From positions 1 through 37,354 of the IMG/VR virus record IMGVR_UViG_3300042940_000963: 37,354 nt of DNA; one strand, given 5' to 3'. The position numbers were made by a program, and so were the translations under genes. This DNA is from a virus. Its lineage: Duplodnaviria; Caudoviricetes. Below are positions 18,488 to 26,283 of the stretch, piece by piece (the stretch's first letter is position 1; each line of letters starts with the position of its first letter). The notes beneath the pieces are model-generated. The model ran no database searches, was not told where the DNA came from, and worked only from the letters and a program-made list of their open reading frames with translations.

Positions 18488-19132
18488 ATGGACACCAACG
18501 TAAAATCAGAGATCGCGGTCGCAGAGACCGCCACGAAAGCACCGATTCAGTTCGGCTCAAACGGAGTGCAGCTCCAATCAATCGACGAGGCTTTCCGCTT
18601 CGCTCGGGCCGTAGTCGCATCGGGCTGGGCACCGAAAGGAATGGAAAAGCCCGAGTCGGTCATGATCGCGATTCAGTTCGGCATGGAGATCGGACTGACG
18701 CCAATGGCTGCGCTGCAAAACATGGCCGTGATTAACGGTCGCCCGGCGATCTACGGCGACGCCGCGCTCGCGCTAGTCCGCTCCAGCGGTCAGCTCGTGA
18801 GCTACAAGGAAACCGAGGTCGGCGAGCCGGGCAAGGACTCGCACGGCTTCACCGTGACGGTGCAGCGCCGGGGATTCGATGCAGCATCGGAGACGTTTAC
18901 GATGGCCGACGCAAAGGCCGCAAAGCTCTGGGGCAAGGCCGGACCGTGGACGGACTACCCGAAGCGCATGATGAAATTCCGAGCACGCGGTTTCCTGCTG
19001 CGTGACCAATTTGGCGACATTCTCAAGGGACTGCGGACCGCCGAGGAAGCGCGGGACATGCCAGCAGAGATCAACGTCACGCCGCTGGCCGACAAGCTCG
19101 CGGGCGGACTGAGCGAGGCAATCAACCAATGA
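18488..19132 (+). CDS. RecT/Red-beta-like single-strand annealing protein
   Basis: GMEIGLTPMAALQNMAVINGRP and WTDYPKRMMKFRARGFLLRDQFGDIL motifs. Confidence 0.85.
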   Translation: MDTNVKSEIAVAETATKAPIQFGSNGVQLQSIDEAFRFARAVVASGWAPKGMEKPESVMIAIQFGMEIGLTPMAALQNMAVINGRPAIYGDAALALVRSSGQLVSYKETEVGEPGKDSHGFTVTVQRRGFDAASETFTMADAKAAKLWGKAGPWTDYPKRMMKFRARGFLLRDQFGDILKGLRTAEEARDMPAEINVTPLADKLAGGLSEAINQ

Positions 19133-19347
19133 GAAAAATACCCGAGAGACAAACAGGCGTGCCGACGCGTCGCAAGGACGTGCACCTCGAAATCGCAAAG
19201 CCGAAGCGCCGTCAGGTCACAGACGAAACCACGCACAGCCGGAACAAACTCGGCATCGCGGTGGACAGTCGCGGGCGCTTCATCGGGCGGCGCGATATCG
19301 AAAAGGGCGCGGCACATTTCTGGAACTCACGAAGGAAACTAACATGA
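19129..19347 (+). CDS. hypothetical basic protein
   Basis: Translationally coupled 72-aa ORF. Confidence 0.55.
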   Translation: MRKIPERQTGVPTRRKDVHLEIAKPKRRQVTDETTHSRNKLGIAVDSRGRFIGRRDIEKGAAHFWNSRRKLT

Positions 19348-19640
19348 ACAACGACAACGAAATCAAAGCAGAAGCTATCATCAACGCAGCTACGGAGCAG
19401 TTCCGAAGCCTGCTCGAAACCAATTTCCGAAGCATCGCCAAGGCGGCGCAGGACGGATTCACCGACGACGAGGACCAGACCGAGCCGAAGGCCAAAGCCA
19501 CGTTCTCGGTCGAATGGGACGCGCTCGCAATGGCTCCCACGGTCAGCGTGAAAGTCGGCTGGTCGGTCCGGTTCAAGGACGAGAGCGAGACGGAGATTGA
19601 CCCACTGCAATCGAAGCTGGGGCTGGAGGTGCAATCATGA
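19344..19640 (+). CDS. hypothetical acidic protein
   Basis: Translationally coupled 98-aa ORF. Confidence 0.6.
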   Translation: MNNDNEIKAEAIINAATEQFRSLLETNFRSIAKAAQDGFTDDEDQTEPKAKATFSVEWDALAMAPTVSVKVGWSVRFKDESETEIDPLQSKLGLEVQS

Positions 19641-19864
19641 GCGCACCAATCAACGACGGAGGGCCGGCGTTTCCATCGGTTGGCGAAGGATTCGGGAATC
19701 CTAGTTATTCGGCCCCCGGCATGACCCTGCGCGACTGGTTCGCGGGGCAGGCGTTGGCTGGTGCATTAGCTGACCCTACCTGCGATCTCTCTCCAATCGA
19801 GTTAGCTAAAAAAATTTATGAATTTGCCGACGCAATGCTGGCCGCACGGGAGGGTAAACAATGA
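19637..19864 (+). CDS. conserved phage protein (DGGPAFP...GMTLRDWFA family)
   Basis: Widespread phage motif INDGGPAFP / GMTLRDWFAGQAL / ADAMLAAR. Confidence 0.75.
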   Translation: MSAPINDGGPAFPSVGEGFGNPSYSAPGMTLRDWFAGQALAGALADPTCDLSPIELAKKIYEFADAMLAAREGKQ

Positions 19865-20688
19865 GCGAGACCATCGAAGCCTACCACGCCAACCCGGCAA
19901 TCAGTCACTCGAAGCTGGAGTGCTACCGTCGCAGGCCGGCGCTCTACTTCAAGAAATATGTCGCCAAGACGTTGCCTCAGCCGGAAGAGACGGGCGCGTT
20001 TCGCCTCGGCTCGGCGGTGCACTGCGCGATCTTGGAAGAAAAGGAATTCGCCAAGCGCTACATTCTGAAACCAGACTGCGACCGCAGAACCAAAGAAGGC
20101 AAAATCCAGTTCGCTGAGTTCTCGGCACAGCACGCGGACAAGACCTTGCTCGACGCCGACGAGATGGCGCAGGTCGTGGCGATGCGCGAGGCGGTGGCGG
20201 CGCATCCAATCGCGTCGCGGCTACTCGCGGAAGGAACGCCGGAAATGACTTGGCGCAAATTGCAGCCAAACGCTTTGGGCGCTCTGCAATGTCGGACGGA
20301 CCATTTCAACCCGTGCGGCTGCGACATCAGCGAGTTTCACCCTTACGCGCTGGACGTGAAGACGGTCGAGAGCCTCGACAGCGACGCGTTCCGCAACTTC
20401 GAGCGGGCTGCGTTCTCCTACGGTTACCACCGGCAGGCGGGATTCTATCTGCCACTGATCAACGAAATCTTGGGCTATCCGGTTTCACGGATGTATTACG
20501 TCGCCGTCGAAAAGGTCGAGCCGTTCGGCGTCGCGGTTTACAAGCTGAGCGACGAAGCGATTGCGCGAGGGCAGGACGAGAACATCGCGGACCTCGTGCG
20601 GCTCAAGCGCAGCCTTGAAACGAACGAGTGGCCGAACATCGAGCCGACGATTCACGAACTGAAACTGCCGGCGTGGTATCTGAAATGA
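19861..20688 (+). CDS. RecE/exonuclease VIII-like PD-(D/E)XK nuclease
   Basis: ISHSKL, LGSAVHCAILE, CRTD, DVKT and YGYHRQAGFY motifs; partner of the RecT-like gene. Confidence 0.85.
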   Translation: MSETIEAYHANPAISHSKLECYRRRPALYFKKYVAKTLPQPEETGAFRLGSAVHCAILEEKEFAKRYILKPDCDRRTKEGKIQFAEFSAQHADKTLLDADEMAQVVAMREAVAAHPIASRLLAEGTPEMTWRKLQPNALGALQCRTDHFNPCGCDISEFHPYALDVKTVESLDSDAFRNFERAAFSYGYHRQAGFYLPLINEILGYPVSRMYYVAVEKVEPFGVAVYKLSDEAIARGQDENIADLVRLKRSLETNEWPNIEPTIHELKLPAWYLK

Positions 20689-20852
20689 AATCCAACCTTA
20701 AATATAACTGGCGCATAACGCTCAGCGCACCGGGGCACTCCATCAGCGCAGTAAAGTTCTGCACGCTCGAACAGGCTTTGATCACGGCGGACGAACTTGA
20801 AACCGAAGTGGATTGGCTCGTGACCCTTGTCGGCATCACCCGCGAAACATGA
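20685..20852 (+). CDS. hypothetical 55-aa protein
   Basis: MKSNLKYNW..., ATGA overlaps at both ends. Confidence 0.5.
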   Translation: MKSNLKYNWRITLSAPGHSISAVKFCTLEQALITADELETEVDWLVTLVGITRET

Positions 20853-21079
20853 AAGAACTATTTATCATCACCGTTGCGACCTCAGTCTGCACTAGCGCAA
20901 TTTGCTTTTGGCTCGGGCACGCGCTCGGTAAACGCCGAGGCCGCGACGAGCAATGGGTCGAGAACTACCTAGCAAACGAACGCAAAACACAGGCCGGCCG
21001 AGACAAGCTCGGACGGTTCAAAAAACGAAAGGCACAATATGGTAAGATCAAAATTACAGCACCAAAAAACGAATCATGA
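20849..21079 (+). CDS. small membrane-anchored basic protein
   Basis: N-terminal hydrophobic helix and RDKLGRF motif. Confidence 0.5.
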   Translation: MKELFIITVATSVCTSAICFWLGHALGKRRGRDEQWVENYLANERKTQAGRDKLGRFKKRKAQYGKIKITAPKNES

Positions 21080-21254
21080 GATCGACCGGCGACTGCTCGA
21101 AATGCAGTCACCGAGCGAGATCGTCCGAAACCTGCGCGGCGCCACGCTGAGCAATGTCCACGCACGGGCGCGGCGAATGAGATTGGCGCTGCATCGCATC
21201 ACGCAGGCTGAGCGGGACCATCTGCTCGTCAGGCGGAAGGGGAGGGCGACATGA
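21039..21254 (+). CDS. putative HTH protein
   Basis: SPSEIVRNLRGATLSNVHARARRMRL resembles an HTH. Confidence 0.5.
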   Translation: MVRSKLQHQKTNHEIDRRLLEMQSPSEIVRNLRGATLSNVHARARRMRLALHRITQAERDHLLVRRKGRAT

Positions 21255-21709
21255 ACACCTTCATTTACGGCGACCCGAAGGGCCAACCTCGAGCGCGAGC
21301 CTTCGCCCGCAAGATGGGCGCAAAGCACGTTGCGCGGATGTATGACTCGGACGTGGCGGACGCGTGGAAGCGGGCGGTGGACCTCGGGATTGAGCGCGAG
21401 CTAAAGGCGGCGGGGGCACTGGATCCGGTCGGAGCGTTCCACTGCCGGCTCACGTTTTTCTTCCGCCGTCCGAAGTCGCACTACGGTAAGGGCGGGCACG
21501 TTAAGGCGAGCGCACCCGTTTGCCACGTCAGCAAACCAGATGCCGACAATCTCGCTAAGCTCGTGCTCGACCGCATTACGCGCGGCGGGCGGATTTGGCG
21601 GGATGATTCGCAGGTCGCACTGCTACGCGTTGACAAGTTCTGGGCGATCACCGACGCGAGGATTGGGGTCTATGTGAGCGTTGAGCGATTCGGGGTGGGC
21701 GAGGCTTGA
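21251..21709 (+). CDS. rusA: RusA-family Holliday junction resolvase
   Basis: PKGQPRAR, KPDADNLAKLVLD and WRDDSQV motifs. Confidence 0.9.
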   Translation: MNTFIYGDPKGQPRARAFARKMGAKHVARMYDSDVADAWKRAVDLGIERELKAAGALDPVGAFHCRLTFFFRRPKSHYGKGGHVKASAPVCHVSKPDADNLAKLVLDRITRGGRIWRDDSQVALLRVDKFWAITDARIGVYVSVERFGVGEA

Positions 21710-21738
21710 CGCGGGGAGCCGATGGGATAAACAACAAC

Positions 21739-21845
21739 TAGGCCGTAGAAAGCCTATGACATGAGACCAAAAACTTACATCCGTCAGTCTGCGCGAGGCG
21801 TGTTTCATCGCCAATTTCTACCGCGTGGGCTGGCGGATGTTTTTT
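21739..21845 (+). promoter_or_regulatory. structured leader/attenuator with potential pseudoknot
   Basis: Hairpin TAGGC/GCCTA with loop CGTAGAAA; 19-bp stem 21777-21795/21822-21840 followed by a T-tract; TTTCTAC (21815-21821) complements GTAGAAA (21745-21751). Confidence 0.7.
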
Positions 21846-21850
21846 GATTT

Positions 21851-22651
21851 ATGAAACCTCCAGCATTTCAATTTTACCCTGACGACTTCTTAGGCGGTGT
21901 CGCCGACATGACACAAGCCGAGGTCGGGGCTTACATCCTGCTCCTTTGCTCGCAATGGGGACGGGGAGCAATACCTCCAGACCCTGATCGGGCCGCGCTG
22001 ATTGCCAAGGGTCCGGTCTCATCGCACGTGCTTGCAAAATTCCCCGACGGACAAAATCCAAGACTCGAAGCGGTTCGCATCGAGCAAGACAACTACCGAC
22101 GTTTACAGCGCGAAAAAGGTTTGGCATCAGGTGAGGCTCGTCGCAAGCGAGTCACAACCGTGGTTCAACCGCCGTTCAACCACGGTTCAACCGCGGTTCA
22201 ACCGGAAGCGCAACCGAAGGTGAACTCTCCTTCTCCTTCTCCACCTCCTAATCATACCCCCTTACCCCCTAAAGGGGGAGAAGAGCCTTCGGAACTCAAT
22301 TTGTCGCTTCATTCACAAACGACTCCGCCTCCGCCGCCCAAGGCGAAGGCTGAAGTTCAGCTTCGCGCCGAACGCATCATGGGTCGTCGCGAATCAACGC
22401 CGCTGACCAGCGGAGAGTCGCGAGCCTACGCAAAAAACCGCGCAGCTATCGAGGCAACGAACGAAGATGACTGGAGGCTGTTAGAACGCTTTTACGCTGC
22501 GCCACAGACCGAGACCTACGCGAGGAAAGACTTGGCGACCTTGCTCAACAACTGGAACGGCGAGATTGACCGAGCGAAGAAGTGGCAAATCGAAGCCGGC
22601 AAGAAATCCAAACCCACCTTCACCCATGAAAGCATCATTGACCGCTCCTGA
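21851..22651 (+). CDS. replication initiator (DUF1376/YdaU-like)
   Basis: PAFQFYPDDFL...EVGAYILLLCSQW N-terminus; internal iterons; upstream of the helicase. Confidence 0.85.
   Translation: MKPPAFQFYPDDFLGGVADMTQAEVGAYILLLCSQWGRGAIPPDPDRAALIAKGPVSSHVLAKFPDGQNPRLEAVRIEQDNYRRLQREKGLASGEARRKRVTTVVQPPFNHGSTAVQPEAQPKVNSPSPSPPPNHTPLPPKGGEEPSELNLSLHSQTTPPPPPKAKAEVQLRAERIMGRRESTPLTSGESRAYAKNRAAIEATNEDDWRLLERFYAAPQTETYARKDLATLLNNWNGEIDRAKKWQIEAGKKSKPTFTHESIIDRS
22155..22216 (+). repeat. 11-bp iterons, probable replication origin
   Basis: CAACC at 22155, 22166, 22177, 22188 and 22199 (period 11, core GTTCAACC), plus one at 22211. Confidence 0.75.
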
Positions 22652-23954
22652 CCCATCGCCCGCAGAGCGCCGGCTGATCGCGGCGTGCATGGCCGGCGGC
22701 GTGCAGACCGTGGCCGCTGCAGTCAACCACGGCATCAGCGCCGAGACCTTCGCGGACCCGATGCTCGGAATTATCTGGCAGGCGCTCGTGCAGACCGCGA
22801 CCGAGGACAAGGACACGCACGTTTTCAAAGTCGGCCGACGCGCTTTTGGTTCGGCCATCGATGCCGAGAGCATGGGCCAACTGGCGGAGATCGCCGCGCT
22901 TGAGCCGACATCGATCTTTGCGAAGCAGCTCACCATCGAAGTCATCGACGCGAACAAGCGCCGCAAGGCCGTTACCAAGCTCGCTCAAGCGCTCGGCGCA
23001 GTCACTCCACGCGAGGGCGGCGAGTGGGAAGAGGACTGGTCGGCCGCACGCAAAGCGATTCACGAAGCCGAGCTGGCGGTTTCGATCCAAGGCGCGACCA
23101 AGAGCCTTTCGGCAATCGTGGACGAATACATCCACGACGAGATCCACGGCCGCGAGGCCGGGGTCGTCGGGACTGGATTGCCGCACTGCGACGAGTATTT
23201 CGGGAAGATCCGAGGCGGCGAGGTTTGCGTGATTGCAGGCCGGCCGGGCGTCGGGAAGACGGCGCTCGCGATCCAGATGGCCGACTCAGTTGTGCGAGGC
23301 GGCGGCAAGGCTATGATCGTTTCACTTGAGATGCAGGCGCGGGATTTGGTCGGCCGGCTTGCGAAGCAAAGACTAGGGCGAAGCGCGGGCATCGTCCGAG
23401 GCTGCACAGCGGCCGAGTATCAATCGGCGAAGACATCGTGGATTGCCTCAGCGCAAAAGATGAAAGCGGACGAGAAGCGGCTGCACATCTTTGAGGTGCG
23501 TCAGGTCAAGTCCGTCTCGGACATCGAGGACCGGGTGGCGATGCTCAAGGCTGCGGACGCATTGCCGAACGTGGTCGTCATCGACTACCTGCAACTGCTC
23601 CACGCCGAGGACTCACGCGCACCACGCGAGCAACAGGTGGCGCTCATGTCGCGCCGGATAAAGCTCATGGCGTTGAATTTCAACGTGGCCGTGATTCTGC
23701 TCTCGCAACTTAACCGGGACGCCGAGAAAGACGGCAGCCGGCCGAAGCTCTCAGGTTTGCGCGAGTCAGGCGCAATCGAGCAGGACGCAGATCGGGTGTG
23801 GCTGCTCTATCCTGACCCTGACGTGATGGCAGTTCCTGACGCGCCGACGGTGCAGGTCGTCATTGACCAAGCGAAGAACCGCAACGGCGCGGGCGGCATC
23901 GCCAAGGTGGTCGAGTTCTTCAAACCCAGCTTTTCATTCCACAAAAAACTATGA
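22626..23954 (+). CDS. dnaB: replicative DnaB-like helicase
   Basis: AGRPGVGKT, SLEM, IDYLQL, LSQLNR, LRESGAIEQDAD and KNRNG motifs. Confidence 0.95.
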   Translation: MKASLTAPDPSPAERRLIAACMAGGVQTVAAAVNHGISAETFADPMLGIIWQALVQTATEDKDTHVFKVGRRAFGSAIDAESMGQLAEIAALEPTSIFAKQLTIEVIDANKRRKAVTKLAQALGAVTPREGGEWEEDWSAARKAIHEAELAVSIQGATKSLSAIVDEYIHDEIHGREAGVVGTGLPHCDEYFGKIRGGEVCVIAGRPGVGKTALAIQMADSVVRGGGKAMIVSLEMQARDLVGRLAKQRLGRSAGIVRGCTAAEYQSAKTSWIASAQKMKADEKRLHIFEVRQVKSVSDIEDRVAMLKAADALPNVVVIDYLQLLHAEDSRAPREQQVALMSRRIKLMALNFNVAVILLSQLNRDAEKDGSRPKLSGLRESGAIEQDADRVWLLYPDPDVMAVPDAPTVQVVIDQAKNRNGAGGIAKVVEFFKPSFSFHKKL

Positions 23955-24151
23955 GGCTCTACGACGAAAAAAATCGGCTGCACGCGGAGAACGGACCGGC
24001 AGTCACGAACCCAGACGGCTCGTGCGTGTGGTATCATCACGGCAAGATTCACCGGCTTGACGGACCGGCGGTGCGGCTCGTCTTCGCTGACGGGCGCATC
24101 GAAGAGCAGTTTTGGATCAACGGGACCGAGATCGTCGCGCCGCAACTTTAA
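23951..24151 (+). CDS. small HRxDGPA-repeat protein
   Basis: LHAENGPAV...WYHHGKIHRLDGPAV...FWING. Confidence 0.7.
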   Translation: MRLYDEKNRLHAENGPAVTNPDGSCVWYHHGKIHRLDGPAVRLVFADGRIEEQFWINGTEIVAPQL

Positions 24152-24153
24152 CC

Positions 24154-24315
24154 ATGAAACAAACCAAAGAAGAAATCGAAGCGCAGATAATTGCGCTGCT
24201 CAAGCGGAGGACTGAGGGTCAGCGCATTGTGCGATCACTGACGCAGGCGCTCGAATCTCTTGAAAAGGAACTCAAGGAGCTTTTGCAACAACTCGCCAAA
24301 CATTCTGAACCATGA
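24154..24315 (+). CDS. coiled-coil hypothetical protein
   Basis: MKQTKEEIEAQ..., heptad pattern. Confidence 0.55.
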   Translation: MKQTKEEIEAQIIALLKRRTEGQRIVRSLTQALESLEKELKELLQQLAKHSEP

Positions 24316-24878
24316 AAAACACAAACGACCAACTAACGACGGCACTCGAACACGCAACGCGGGTGCCGTGCGACATCAACGAACATCTGCCTTTGCTCTC
24401 GCTACTCGCGGCGCAATGCCAGCAAGTGACCGAATTCGGCGTGCGGACCGGGTGCAGCACGCTCGCGTTTCTGCACGGGCTGCGAACGAAACGGGCGACG
24501 CTGCGAAGCTACGACATCAACGACCAGTTCGGCGTGTTTAAGACGATGCGCCCGTACACGACGACGGATTGGGTGTTTTCGATCTGCTCCACGCTGGCAA
24601 TCTCGCAGATTGAGCCGACCGACCTGCTATTCGTGGACACGCTGCACCGCTACGACCAAGTGCGGCAGGAGCTGGCAATTCATGGCGACGCGGCACGGCG
24701 CTGGATTGTGTTTCATGACACCGAGACGTTCGGGACCGTGGGCGATGACGGCGGCGAGGGCATCAATCGGGCGATTGACGAGTGGCTGGTGGTGGAGCCG
24801 CAGTGGCGCGTCGTTTACCGCACGCACCGAAACAACGGGTTGACCGTGATTGAGCGCGAGGCAGAAACGCGTTCGTGA
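24312..24878 (+). CDS. class I SAM-dependent methyltransferase (Methyltransf_24-like)
   Basis: VTEFGVRTGCST, DLLFVDTLHRY, IVFHDT and NNGLTV motifs. Confidence 0.8.
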   Translation: MKNTNDQLTTALEHATRVPCDINEHLPLLSLLAAQCQQVTEFGVRTGCSTLAFLHGLRTKRATLRSYDINDQFGVFKTMRPYTTTDWVFSICSTLAISQIEPTDLLFVDTLHRYDQVRQELAIHGDAARRWIVFHDTETFGTVGDDGGEGINRAIDEWLVVEPQWRVVYRTHRNNGLTVIEREAETRS

Positions 24879-24919
24879 TTGACTCGCAGCGCAATCCGTC
24901 AAAAGCGATGGGGCAACAC

Positions 24920-25192
24920 ATGACGACGACCCAAACACACGATCAGGACCAACGAGAACTTGAGGCTTTGCGCTTCTCTGCACGGGCGGCGCGAGCAATC
25001 ACGACGCTGGAGATGCAGCGGAAAACGATCACGCGCGAATATGGCGAGCGCATCAAAAAGATTCGGGCGCTGATTCTGATTCTGCAACAGCGCGAGAGCA
25101 TCGGGCAGCTCGGCATACAGGGGATTGACGCCGTTGAGATTTCACCCGAACTGCGGAAGCTGATTCACAACCCGGTCGGTGACCTGACGTGA
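24920..25192 (+). CDS. hypothetical coiled-coil protein
   Basis: Start uncertain (24908 or 24920); coupled to the next gene. Confidence 0.55.
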   Translation: MTTTQTHDQDQRELEALRFSARAARAITTLEMQRKTITREYGERIKKIRALILILQQRESIGQLGIQGIDAVEISPELRKLIHNPVGDLT

Positions 25193-25599
25193 TTACCGCG
25201 ACATACGACCGCGCTGCGACCTTCGAGGCGTCTTATGACGGCGCTCGGTCGGACGCGGGACGGCTTTCGGCGGAGATCATGGAAAGGCTGGTCGAGCTGC
25301 ACGAGCTGAGGATGACGAGCGCGGCCGACCTATGCCGCAGGCTGGGGACGTTGGCGGACCTTTCGCCGACGATGTTTCTTGTGACGCTGCGGTTGGGGTC
25401 GGGCGATGTGTCGGCGGTCAGGCAGTCGTTCGGCGAGATGGCGAAGAACAGAGGTAAGACGCGCCAATTTTTCCATTGGGAATGGCAGCAGGAGATCGAG
25501 AAGGTGCGAATCGTGTTCCCGGAGCTTGCTCAGCTCATGACCGACTACCGGCAGGCGACGGACGAGGCGGATAGGCCAGAACGGGAGGGGCGGGAGTGA
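25189..25599 (+). CDS. hypothetical protein, candidate late regulator
   Basis: SFGEMAKNRGKTRQFFHWE is HTH-like; last early gene before the packaging module. Confidence 0.45.
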   Translation: MITATYDRAATFEASYDGARSDAGRLSAEIMERLVELHELRMTSAADLCRRLGTLADLSPTMFLVTLRLGSGDVSAVRQSFGEMAKNRGKTRQFFHWEWQQEIEKVRIVFPELAQLMTDYRQATDEADRPEREGRE

Positions 25600-25715
25600 A
25601 ACCGCGGTTTGCAGCGTGCTCAGGATGCCGCGCCAAACGCCGTTTAAGGCCGATTTTAGGCGATTTGACGGCTTTTGAGGGTCAAGACACAGGGGGAGGG
25701 GGCGCGGGGGAGGTA

Positions 25716-25758
25716 GGAGACTTCTAGGGGGGCTGGAGGGGCGCGGGTTAGATGACCT
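25716..25758 (+). other. candidate lambda-like cos site
   Basis: GGAGACT begins 30 bp before the quasi-palindromic 12-mer GGTTAGATGACC (25746-25757); lies upstream of the gpA-type terminase module. Confidence 0.45.
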
Positions 25759-25800
25759 AGAGCAAAAAATCCCATTTCGTTTTTCGAGCCAATTTGACAC

Positions 25801-26283
25801 ATGAAACTAACAACGACCAAAATCACCGAGCTCTCGCTCGACCCGTCCAACGTCCGCAAACATTCGCGCCGAAATCTCGACGCGATCAAAGCCAGCCTGC
25901 GCAAATTCGGCCAACAAAAGCCAATCGTCGTAGACGCGAAAGGGATCGTCCTCGCCGGCAACGGCACGTTGACCGCAGCGCAGGAACTCGGCTGGACCGA
26001 GATCCAGATCGTGCGGACGGAACTTGCGGGCGTTGAGGCCACGGCGTTTGCGATCGCGGACAATCGGACGGCGGAGCTGGCAGAGTGGGATGATAATCTA
26101 GGGGACGTGCTGAAGTCCCTGCAAGACGAGGACGTTGATTTAACTGATCTTGGCTACTCAGCAGAAGACATTGCGAAAATGCAGACGCCTGACTTTGCAG
26201 CCGGAACCGTGGATGACCAAGGAAAGCTCGATGAGAAATCACCGATTGAATGTCCGCATTGCCATAAGTCTTTTACGCCGTGA
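25801..26283 (+). CDS. ParB/Srx N-terminal domain protein with C-terminal Zn-ribbon-like tail
   Basis: NVRKH, SLRKFGQQKPIVVD, LAGNG, IADNRTAE; ends IECPHCHKSF. Confidence 0.85.
   Translation: MKLTTTKITELSLDPSNVRKHSRRNLDAIKASLRKFGQQKPIVVDAKGIVLAGNGTLTAAQELGWTEIQIVRTELAGVEATAFAIADNRTAELAEWDDNLGDVLKSLQDEDVDLTDLGYSAEDIAKMQTPDFAAGTVDDQGKLDEKSPIECPHCHKSFTP

Noticed and set aside
15560-21850. Lysogeny module (integrase, divergent repressor)
   Set aside because: No recombinase motifs and no credible minus-strand gene were found; lifestyle is left undetermined.
22155-22216. Short repeats as a CRISPR array
   Set aside because: The period is 11 bp with no spacers and no cas genes; they fit iterons inside an initiator gene.
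25692-25747. G-quadruplex in the G-run tract
   Set aside because: The G-runs could form one, but nothing supports a function; the cos-region interpretation explains the locus better.
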